Shown here: piece after piece, positions 16,427 through 23,455 of the stretch | Position numbering within the stretch: the first letter of the stretch is position 1 | How the letters are laid out: each line of letters starts with the position of its first letter | Source: an uncultured virus (IMG/VR IMGVR_UViG_3300015609_000147) | Lineage: Duplodnaviria > Heunggongvirae > Uroviricota > Caudoviricetes | IMG/VR virus record: IMGVR_UViG_3300015609_000147 | Direction: 5' to 3' (one strand) | Length of the DNA: 23,455 nt | Notes under the pieces: generated by a model | What the model saw: only the letters and a program-made list of their open reading frames with translations | Told to the model about the DNA's origin: nothing | Databases searched by the model: none | Program-made: the position numbers and the translations under genes

Positions 16427-16993
16427 TCAGGCCCGCGCCACGCGGGCGGCCAGCGTGCGCAGCGCGGCCTGCGCCTCATCGTCGGCCTGCTGGTAGTGCT
16501 GCAGCAGTGCCTGGGCATCGCTGGGCAGTGCGCCAGCCTCAACGCCGCCGCCTGCACGCAGCGACAGCAGCACATAACCCACATCCACGCCAACCGCGTG
16601 CAGCTGCTGCAGCGCCTTGGCGTCTGGCGCGAACTCGCCTTCTTCAAATTTCAGCAGCGCCAGGCGGTCCACGCCTGATTTCTCGGCCAGTTGGCCAATC
16701 GTCAAATCCAGCCTTTTGCGCTCCTGCTGGAGCCGCTGGGCGATGGTTTCGCCCGCAGGCTCGAGCCCGGCCGGCCGCACGCTTGGGTCAAACGAGCGCG
16801 TGCCTGTCAGTAGGAACGGGATATCCACGCCCTCGCTGCCCAGCGCGGCGAGGTAATCCGAGTCCGGTTTGCGGGTGCCCTTTTCATAGTTGAGCTGCGT
16901 GAATTTTGAGATGCCCGCAAGCGCGCCAAAGTCCTCTTGGTTGAGACCTAAGCGCTTACGCTCCACTATCAAGCGCTCAAAAAAATTGGACAT
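16427..16993 (-). CDS. Putative immunity repressor with two tandem XRE-type HTH domains (188 aa)
   Basis: 'ERLIVERKRLGLNQEDFG...YEKG.RKPD..YL...GVD' and 'QRLQQERKRLDLT...FEEGEFAPD..L...GVDVGYVL'; divergent from the early operon. Confidence 0.85.
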   Translation of the reverse strand: MSNFFERLIVERKRLGLNQEDFGALAGISKFTQLNYEKGTRKPDSDYLAALGSEGVDIPFLLTGTRSFDPSVRPAGLEPAGETIAQRLQQERKRLDLTIGQLAEKSGVDRLALLKFEEGEFAPDAKALQQLHAVGVDVGYVLLSLRAGGGVEAGALPSDAQALLQHYQQADDEAQAALRTLAARVARA

Positions 16994-17073
16994 AGTTCAA
17001 ATAACTCTTGACTCGTTGTACGTTCGTCAAATACATTGGAGCCACCTTGTAACAACCTAGCTCCAGATACTAC
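16994..17073. promoter_or_regulatory. Lysis/lysogeny switch region with a rightward sigma70-like promoter and dyads
   Basis: AT-rich 80 bp. TTGACT (17008-17013)-18 nt-TACATT (17032-17037). Opposing TTGACG on the minus strand (17030-17025). Dyad at 17037-17065. Confidence 0.7.
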
Positions 17074-17328
17074 ATGACCACCCCAGCGCACCACACCCGC
17101 CATCGCTCGGCCACGGTCGAGCCCCTGATGCACGCCAAACCCATTCCCCTGCGGCTGACCGGCGAAGAGCTGGAACGTGCATGGGCCGGCGCCCAGCACG
17201 AGGGCCGCAGCGCAAGCAACTTCATCCGCATGATCCACAACATGGGCATGGAGCAGTACGCCAAGCACGGCCGCATCGTGCTGGGCCACAACGACACCGG
17301 CACCGCCACCGCCGCCGAGCAGCGCTGA
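17074..17328 (+). CDS. Small putative ribbon-helix-helix regulator in the Cox/Cro position (84 aa)
   Basis: 'KPIPLRLTGEELERAWAGAQHEGRSASNFIRMI' Arc/CopG-like pattern; first gene of the early operon. Confidence 0.65.
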   Translation: MTTPAHHTRHRSATVEPLMHAKPIPLRLTGEELERAWAGAQHEGRSASNFIRMIHNMGMEQYAKHGRIVLGHNDTGTATAAEQR

Positions 17329-17338
17329 AAGTCCGGTC

Positions 17339-17887
17339 ATGGCACAGGCAGCAGCAAACCCCTTTCAGCCCCAGCTCGGCACGCAGCCGAATCTTGGATT
17401 CACCAAGGCCGCTCTGGGTGTAATCCACCGGGCCGGCAAGCCCGTCCCCAAGGCGCGCGCCACTGTGCGAAAAGGCGCGCAAGGCTGTAACAACCTGTCC
17501 AAGCCGGATACATCTGCCGACACGCAGGCCCAGGCTCAGGACGAAGGCCCGCGCCTGAAATCCGAATTCCACCGCATCGCCTGCCCGCACTGCGAGAGCC
17601 CGGCCACCATCCGCCGCAGCAACCAGGTAACGAACCTGACGCGCGAGTACGCATTCGCCTGCACCAATTTCGAGTGCGGCCACACCTTCAGCGCCACGAT
17701 GGAAATCACGCGCACCCTGAGCCCCAGCGCCACGCCCAACCCCACGGTGCGCCTGCCCCTGAGCACCCATGTGCGCCGCGATCTGATGCGCGAGCAGCTG
17801 GCATGCGCCCAGCCCTCTGACTACCGCACCACGCAGACCGCGCCCAGCACCCTGGAGCTGTTCGGCACCAGCCCGCCAGCGGACTGA
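17339..17887 (+). CDS. ogr: Ogr/Delta-like zinc-finger late transcription activator (up to 182 aa; start uncertain)
   Basis: 'CPHC...ATIRRS.QVT.LTRE..FACTNFECGHTFSA..EITRTLSPSATPNP'. Confidence 0.85.
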   Translation: MAQAAANPFQPQLGTQPNLGFTKAALGVIHRAGKPVPKARATVRKGAQGCNNLSKPDTSADTQAQAQDEGPRLKSEFHRIACPHCESPATIRRSNQVTNLTREYAFACTNFECGHTFSATMEITRTLSPSATPNPTVRLPLSTHVRRDLMREQLACAQPSDYRTTQTAPSTLELFGTSPPAD

Positions 17888-18002
17888 CACCAGGGCCGCG
17901 CGCCCTGCCCTGACCCACCCCGTTCCCCCTGTTCCTGTGGAGCCTGAAAGAAGGCCCTGCGGGACGTGCTCACCCTGAAAAACGCAACCCCGAGAGGACG
18001 CA

Positions 18003-18413
18003 ATGCAATTCTTTGAACTCCGCAGGCCCCGGCCCGCGCAGCAGATCACCCTGGTGGATGAGGCCCTGCGGGCCGAGCACACCCGGCACGCTGCGCGGCT
18101 CAAGGAAATTGACGGCCTCGCCAGCGACCTGCAGCGGCTGCAGCAGCACCTGCCCGCCCTGCGCGCGGCCGGCGTGGACGTGAGCGGCCACGAGTGCGCC
18201 AACATCGGCGGCCTGTTCATCCACGGCGGCCAGGACCGCGCCCGCAACGGCCGCATGCTGCAGGCCCTCATGGGCATGGGCGGCAAGGCCCGCAACAGGG
18301 CCGCATTCAAGGATGGCGGCTTTGCCGTGGAGCTGGACCTGGGCGGCCTGCATCTGGCTTTCTACGTGGACCCGCGCGCAGCAGGGGCCGGGGCGCAAGG
18401 GAGTGCGGCATGA
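18003..18413 (+). CDS. Hypothetical phage early protein (136 aa)
   Basis: GAGGA RBS; ATGA overlap with the next ORF; high GC3. Confidence 0.75.
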   Translation: MQFFELRRPRPAQQITLVDEALRAEHTRHAARLKEIDGLASDLQRLQQHLPALRAAGVDVSGHECANIGGLFIHGGQDRARNGRMLQALMGMGGKARNRAAFKDGGFAVELDLGGLHLAFYVDPRAAGAGAQGSAA

Positions 18414-18568
18414 GCCAGTACGCCGTGACCCATGTTGACGCGCTGCATGTGCGCCGCCGCGTGGTGCTCAGCGCCGCGAACCGCGCCGCCGCCCAGGCCA
18501 CCGTGGAACTCATCTACGGACTGCCCTGGTTCCTGACCGCCGTGCGCTTGAACGGGGGTGCGCGGTGA
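18410..18568 (+). CDS. Hypothetical phage early protein (52 aa)
   Basis: GGGAG RBS; ATGA and GTGA overlaps on either side. Confidence 0.7.
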   Translation: MSQYAVTHVDALHVRRRVVLSAANRAAAQATVELIYGLPWFLTAVRLNGGAR

Positions 18569-18978
18569 ACCTGTCCGAAATCTCCGCACCGCAATTCCTG
18601 CAATGGGTGGGCGTGCACAACGCTGCCCCGTCCCTGGCACCCGTCCTGCATCGCCTGCCTGCGCCGCCCGTGGCGCCGCACATTGCCCGCATGACACCTG
18701 CAGAGTGCCGCGAGCATCTGCGCCGCCTCAAGGACGATGCCGTGTACCGCTCAAGCAATGGCCGCTGGAGCGATGCCGAGGCGCGCGAGTGGTCCACGCT
18801 GCACATCAGTATTCGCATGTCGGTGCTGCTGCTGGCGGGCATCGAGGGCGAGCTGGAAGAGCTGGGCCGCCGCGAGTGGCGCGAGCTGCCGCCGCCTGAG
18901 CGCAATGCCATCAAGGCCCAGATCCGCTACATGGCCGACGAGATGGCGAAGCTGCATTCGCTGACGGTGAAGAACTAG
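18565..18978 (+). CDS. Hypothetical phage early protein (137 aa)
   Basis: GTG start in a GTGA overlap, GGGGG RBS; stops 2 nt before gene A. Confidence 0.75.
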   Translation: MNLSEISAPQFLQWVGVHNAAPSLAPVLHRLPAPPVAPHIARMTPAECREHLRRLKDDAVYRSSNGRWSDAEAREWSTLHISIRMSVLLLAGIEGELEELGRREWRELPPPERNAIKAQIRYMADEMAKLHSLTVKN

Positions 18979-18980
18979 CC

Positions 18981-20903
18981 ATGTCCGCGCTGCTCAACGC
19001 CAAGCCCACCGGCCGCCGCCTGCGCACTGCATCGCAGCAGGAATGGAAGCGCCACAAGCCCCGCCCGCACATGGTGCAAGCCGCCATGCAGGCGCTGGAG
19101 AAGGCATTGCCGCCGCAGTGGCTGCAGCCCATCCGCGCCATGGGCCTGGGCAAGCTGGGCGCGGGCAATCTGCCCGAGTGGGCGGCGTGCTTCGACGCGC
19201 TGGTGGCCATTGACGACTTTGCAGCGCGCCACGGCAATGCGGCCGAGTGGAATCTGAGCGACTACGAGATATGCGCCATGGCTAAGCGCCTGGCCGAAGA
19301 AGTCGCAGAGCTGGATTCGGGCGCCCAGGCCCAGGCCATGGACCTGCCGGCGCGCGTGGACCTGGTGCGCCTGATGCTGCGCATGATGGGCGTGCAGGAG
19401 TCCGCGCCGCTGGTGGGTGAGCCCGCTATTCGGCGTGCCATGGATTCGGCGTGGTGGCGGCGCCTGCTGCGCAAGCACGTCACGCGCACGGTGGAGGCCG
19501 GCGCCGTCAAGCTGGGCGTGGTCAACCGCTTTGCGGGCGGCTATGCCAGCAATGCCACGGTGCGCCGCCGCACGGCGCAGGTGGAGCGCAACGCCAAGGC
19601 GCTGGAGCGCTCGCTGTTCAAGAACGAGGCCGGGCAGGTGTTCACGCTGGCCGAGCTGGCGGCCCTGTCGCCGTCCAACCCGGTGATTCGCGGCGGCGAG
19701 CTGATGACGCGCATCCGTGGCGCCGAGGAATATGCAGACGCCCGCAATCATGTGGGCCTGTTCCTGACGCTGACAGCGCCCAGCCGCTTCCATGCCGTGA
19801 CGCTGGGCAGCGGCGGCCGGCCCCGGCCCAACCCCCGCTATGACGGCGTGAGCACCCCGCGCGATGCCCAGATGTGGCTGCGCGACAAGTGGAGGCTCGT
19901 GCGCGCGCACCTGAGCAACGCGGGCATTGCCATGTACGGCATTCGCGTGGCCGAGCCCCACCACGACGCCACGCCGCACTGGCACGCCCTGGTGTGGGCC
20001 GAGTGCGAGGCCCACGCCCAGCACATCGAGGCCGCAATCCGCAAGTGGTGGCTGAAAGACGATGGCGACGAGCGCGGCGCGGCAAAGAACCGCGTGAATG
20101 TGAAGCGCATGACCACGGGCGGCGCGGCCGGCTATGTGGCCAAGTACATCGCCAAGAGCGTGGGCCATGCGGCCCTGGCTGACCACCTGGATGTGGCGCA
20201 AGGCCAGCTGTGGGACGTGGAGCAGGGCGATATGCCCGGCCACCGCCGCGTAGACGCCTGGGCCGCGTGCTGGGGCATTCGCCAGTTCCAAGCCATTGGC
20301 ATGCCCAGCGTGTGCGTGTGGCGCGAGCTGCGCCGCGTGGGTAAAGACCAGATCGAAACCATGCGCCTGGACGGCGACCGCGCCACCTGGCAGGCCTGGG
20401 GCGCGTGCCACAAGCACAGCGAGGACATCAAGGCCGATTGGCGCCGCTACATGGAGGCCATGGGCGGCCACTGCGTGGGCCGTGGCCGCTGGCACCTGAG
20501 CATTGCCCGCCGCCCCGTGCCGGCCGGCGCCGTGAATCAGTACGGCGAAGAGATTGCCCCGGGCCAGGGCCGCGTGGTGGGCCTGGAAACCCGCGCCGGC
20601 CGCTGGCTGGTGTCGCGCCGCATTTCATGGCGCAGCGTGGCCAAGGAAACCGAGACTTTCGACCCCGCAACGTGCACGGATGCCGATAGCGGCAAAGCGC
20701 TTGCGATGGGCGCTGACCGCGCGCCGCTGGCGCGCCCTTGGACTGGTTTCAATAACTGTACGGCCCGCCTGCGCGGCGAGACGCTGCGAGCCCTTTTCGG
20801 GCGCGGACGGCACGAGGCAGAGGACTGGAGCAGTCCCAGCAGCCCCGATTCTGTGCTCTACCGGCCCGCCGCCACCACCCCCACCCCCGTTTTTTCCCGC
20901 TGA
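18981..20903 (+). CDS. A: Rolling-circle replication initiator, P2 gpA-like HUH endonuclease (640 aa)
   Basis: 'ELMTRIRG.E', 'FLTLTAPSRFH', HUH 'EPHHDATPHWH', YxxxY 'GYVAKYIAKS', 'VDAWAACWGIRQFQ', 'WRELRR', 'FNNCT'. Confidence 0.95.
   Translation: MSALLNAKPTGRRLRTASQQEWKRHKPRPHMVQAAMQALEKALPPQWLQPIRAMGLGKLGAGNLPEWAACFDALVAIDDFAARHGNAAEWNLSDYEICAMAKRLAEEVAELDSGAQAQAMDLPARVDLVRLMLRMMGVQESAPLVGEPAIRRAMDSAWWRRLLRKHVTRTVEAGAVKLGVVNRFAGGYASNATVRRRTAQVERNAKALERSLFKNEAGQVFTLAELAALSPSNPVIRGGELMTRIRGAEEYADARNHVGLFLTLTAPSRFHAVTLGSGGRPRPNPRYDGVSTPRDAQMWLRDKWRLVRAHLSNAGIAMYGIRVAEPHHDATPHWHALVWAECEAHAQHIEAAIRKWWLKDDGDERGAAKNRVNVKRMTTGGAAGYVAKYIAKSVGHAALADHLDVAQGQLWDVEQGDMPGHRRVDAWAACWGIRQFQAIGMPSVCVWRELRRVGKDQIETMRLDGDRATWQAWGACHKHSEDIKADWRRYMEAMGGHCVGRGRWHLSIARRPVPAGAVNQYGEEIAPGQGRVVGLETRAGRWLVSRRISWRSVAKETETFDPATCTDADSGKALAMGADRAPLARPWTGFNNCTARLRGETLRALFGRGRHEAEDWSSPSSPDSVLYRPAATTPTPVFSR
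20719..20762 (+). other. Putative rolling-circle origin (gpA nick site) inside gene A
   Basis: CGCCCTTG^GACTGGTTTCAATAACTGT resembles the P2 ori as I recall it (..CCTCG^GAGTCCTGTCAATAACTGT). Overlapping upstream hairpin GCGCGCC-GCT-GGCGCGC at 20719-20735. Confidence 0.7.
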
Positions 20904-20924
20904 TCCCGCAAAGGAGGCCACCCC

Positions 20925-21152
20925 ATGCCCGAAATCACCCTCGCCGCCCGCCGCACTGAGCCCCGCGTGCACTGCTGGGCCCGATCCATCAATGGCGACT
21001 ACGTGCGCAGCGACCGAACGCCGCCCGACCACCTGGCCAACGTGTTCGCCGCCGAGCGCGAGCGCCTGGCCGCAGCGAAGCCGCGCCGCGCCCGCAAGCC
21101 GCGCGCCACACCCCCCGAAACCCACCCCGCCCAGCTGCAGCTGGTCGCCTGA
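20925..21152 (+). CDS. Hypothetical basic protein (75 aa)
   Basis: Strong AAGGAGG RBS. Confidence 0.75.
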   Translation: MPEITLAARRTEPRVHCWARSINGDYVRSDRTPPDHLANVFAAERERLAAAKPRRARKPRATPPETHPAQLQLVA

Positions 21153-21182
21153 ACCCGCAACCACCACCCACAGAGGACCAAC

Positions 21183-21386
21183 ATGCAACACGCCACCCCT
21201 GCCATGCGTACCTATCGCGCCACCATCATTCCCCCGCACATCGAGGCCGCCGAGCTGGAGCAGCTGGCCGACGCCGGTCTGCTGCCCACCCACAACTTGA
21301 GCGCACCCACCGCCAGCGCGGCCAGCAACCTGGCGCACCTGGCCACCGGCCGCCCCGTGCTGCGCGTTGAACGTCTGGAAGCCTGA
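21183..21386 (+). CDS. Hypothetical phage protein (67 aa)
   Basis: AGAGGA RBS; tight operon packing. Confidence 0.7.
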   Translation: MQHATPAMRTYRATIIPPHIEAAELEQLADAGLLPTHNLSAPTASAASNLAHLATGRPVLRVERLEA

Positions 21387-21389
21387 GCC

Positions 21390-22010
21390 ATGACCCAGAC
21401 CCTCACTCAACTGACCCTCGCGTGGCTGATTGCCACCATCGAGGCAACGCGCGCCGGCCTGGCCGGCAACCTGGCACAAACGCCGGTGGCCGATTGGGGC
21501 GCAGCCCCCGTGCGCGAGGTGCGCAACCATGAGCAGGATTTGCACACAGCCATGCAGGTGCTGGGCGACATGCTCCACATGCGCGGTGCCTTCGCCGCCT
21601 CTGGAATTCCTGCTGCACCGCATCTGGAGCAGGTGCCGGTCTATGTGTGCGGCGTGGACTTGTCTGGCGGGAGCCTGGCGGACCTGAAAAAAGCGCTCGC
21701 CGATCCGTCTGGGCACCAATGGCGGACACACATACAGCCTATGCCCGCGACCGTGGCCCTGCCCTGGCGCACCGGCATTCCGGCGTGGACGGATGACAGG
21801 GCCGTGCGCGTGATTGCCGTCACAGCACACGACGACTTCGGCGGCGTCCAGATCCACGACATCCGAGCGAGTGATTTCCACACCGATGGCGATGGGGATG
21901 GGGCTGATGTTGCCCGCGCCTGCACACATTGGGCATACCGCGACGACATATGGCCAGGCGCCGCTGCAGCAGCACCCGCTTCGCCCGCAGCAAACACCGA
22001 GGGAGCATGA
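21390..22010 (+). CDS. Hypothetical protein (206 aa), possible C-terminal DUF551-like segment
   Basis: 3-nt gap from the upstream stop and ATGA overlap downstream; 'W...IP...VRV...CTHWAY' pattern. Confidence 0.65.
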   Translation: MTQTLTQLTLAWLIATIEATRAGLAGNLAQTPVADWGAAPVREVRNHEQDLHTAMQVLGDMLHMRGAFAASGIPAAPHLEQVPVYVCGVDLSGGSLADLKKALADPSGHQWRTHIQPMPATVALPWRTGIPAWTDDRAVRVIAVTAHDDFGGVQIHDIRASDFHTDGDGDGADVARACTHWAYRDDIWPGAAAAAPASPAANTEGA

Positions 22011-23455
22011 CCATGCAAACCACCACCCCCGTGGAAATCCGCCACTTCCATCTGTTCTGCGGCCTGGGCGGCGGCGCGCGTGGTTTCAACCGCGCCAGCC
22101 CCCGAGTGGGCAACCTGCAGGCGAAATTCCGCTGCCTGGGCGGCATCGACGTGGACCCGGCCAGCATCCGGGACTTCGGCCGCCTGGCCGGCGTGCCCGG
22201 CACCGTGCTGGACCTGTTCGACCGCGAGCAATACCGCACATTCCACGGCGCCGAGCCGCCAGCGGACTGGCGCGAAGCCACAGCCGCGGATATCCAGCGC
22301 GCAGCTGGCGGCGAACGGCCGAACATCGTGTTTCTGTCCGCTCCCTGCAAGGGATTCAGCGGCCTGCTGTCCGAGGGCAAGAGCAAAACCGACAAGTACC
22401 AGGCCCTCAACCGCCTGACGCTGCGCGGCGTGTGGCTGATGCTGGAGGCATGGAGCGATGATCCGCCCGAGCTGGTGATTTTCGAGAACGTGCCGCGCAT
22501 CGCCACGCGCGGCCGGCACCTGCTGGACCAGATCGTGGCCCTGCTGCGCGCCGGCATGCTGGGCGTGCAGGACTGGACACGGCACAGCTCCACCGTGACC
22601 GGCAAGGGCCGGCCGAGCTGCGGCAATTTCGCCGTGGCCGACCCTCGATTCGAGCAGTCGGCCCTGTGGTCCGATGGCCAGGCCTACGGCGTGCGCCGCT
22701 GGGATGCCAGCACGGGCACCGTGGCCGGCCAGCAAGGCCCTGGCCAGGGCGCGTACAGCGTGGCCGACCCGCGCCACCACGGCCCCGCCAAGCACTCGAA
22801 CGAGTACCGCGTGGTGCGCTGGGACCGTGCCGCCATGGCAGTGACCAGCGCCCACGGCACCGGCCAGGCCGTCGCAGACCCGCGCCGCGATGGACCCAGC
22901 TTCGGCAAGTACGCCGTGACGCCCTACGGCACGCACGCCGGCACCGTCATCAGCGGCAGCACCACGGGCCAGGGCGCGTTTGCCGTGGCCGACCCGCGCA
23001 GCGGCATGGACGCCGAGCGCACCGCGTACACCACGGGCGGCCACTACGGAGTGGTGCCCTGGGACAGCCAGGCCGGCGCCGTCAGCGGCGCGGCATGCCA
23101 CGACAACGGCCGCTGGAGCGTGGCAGATCCGCGCATGCCGGCAGCTGCTGACAAGCTCGTTTGCCGCATCGTGTCCGAGGACGGCACATGGCACCGCCCT
23201 TTCACCACCCTGGAGCTGGCGCACCTGCAGAGCCTGGTCGAACCCGACGAGCTGCTGGAACTGGACGGCACCAGCGACCAGGCCAAGCGCGAGCGCATCG
23301 GCAATGCCGTGCCCAGCGAGGCCGGCGAAGCCATCGCCCACGTCATGGGCGAAACGCTGCTGCTCGCGTTGAGTGGCGAAACCTTCATCCTGTCGGCGCA
23401 GCCGGTCTGGGTGCGGCCGATTGCCCTGGGGCTGGCCATGGGGACCACGGCATGA
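22007..23455 (+). CDS. Phage C5 cytosine DNA methyltransferase-like protein (482 aa), probably internally deleted
   Basis: GGGAG RBS and ATGA overlap (alternative start 22013). Motif I 'LFCGLGG', IV 'APCKGFS', VI 'FENVP', IX 'RPFTTLELAHLQ', X 'RIGNAVP'. No recognisable motif VIII. Confidence 0.85.
   Translation: MTMQTTTPVEIRHFHLFCGLGGGARGFNRASPRVGNLQAKFRCLGGIDVDPASIRDFGRLAGVPGTVLDLFDREQYRTFHGAEPPADWREATAADIQRAAGGERPNIVFLSAPCKGFSGLLSEGKSKTDKYQALNRLTLRGVWLMLEAWSDDPPELVIFENVPRIATRGRHLLDQIVALLRAGMLGVQDWTRHSSTVTGKGRPSCGNFAVADPRFEQSALWSDGQAYGVRRWDASTGTVAGQQGPGQGAYSVADPRHHGPAKHSNEYRVVRWDRAAMAVTSAHGTGQAVADPRRDGPSFGKYAVTPYGTHAGTVISGSTTGQGAFAVADPRSGMDAERTAYTTGGHYGVVPWDSQAGAVSGAACHDNGRWSVADPRMPAAADKLVCRIVSEDGTWHRPFTTLELAHLQSLVEPDELLELDGTSDQAKRERIGNAVPSEAGEAIAHVMGETLLLALSGETFILSAQPVWVRPIALGLAMGTTA
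22558..23134 (+). repeat. Five intragenic ~37-45 aa repeats ending in VADPR
   Basis: VADPR codons start at 22634, 22760, 22871, 22985 and 23120; each unit is roughly (Y)GVxxW...TVxG...G..VADPR. Confidence 0.9.

Larger units (their letters stand above)
1..23455 (+). mobile_element. P2-like (Peduovirus-type) temperate phage/prophage, internal segment; both ends lie outside the window
   Basis: P2 tail gene order FI-FII-E/E'-T-U-D, divergent repressor switch, Ogr/Delta zinc finger and gpA HUH replication initiator with a P2-type origin. Confidence 0.95.

Noticed and set aside
22558..23134. VADPR repeats as a CRISPR array or DGR template/variable repeats
   Set aside because: The repeats are in-frame and degenerate at codon third positions, with 111-135 nt spacing; no cas or reverse transcriptase gene is present

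Overview
GC-rich segment of a P2-like (Peduovirus-type, contractile-tailed) temperate phage or prophage. A betaproteobacterial host is my inference from GC content and gene order. From left to right: (1) Baseplate, tail-fibre and tail module (1-12828): partial tail protein I-like gene, a DUF4815-like gene split in two, fibre and chaperone genes, sheath FI, tube FII, chaperone E/E' with the TTTTTTG -1 slippery site, tape measure, U and D. (2) A ~2.8 kb accessory cassette (12829-15657): a BrnT/BrnA toxin-antitoxin pair with its own promoter and operator-like repeats, four small unknown ORFs and a short tyrosine recombinase, bounded by an 11-bp inverted repeat. (3) A leftward immunity operon: a tandem double-HTH repressor and a zinc-ribbon membrane protein. 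(4) The rightward early operon: an RHH-type regulator, an Ogr/Delta activator, small ORFs, rolling-circle initiator gpA with its internal origin, and a C5 DNA methyltransferase with five internal repeats and an apparent in-frame deletion of catalytic motif VIII. No att site, capsid, lysis, tRNA, rRNA or CRISPR features are visible. All family assignments come from motif recognition by eye; no database search was run.
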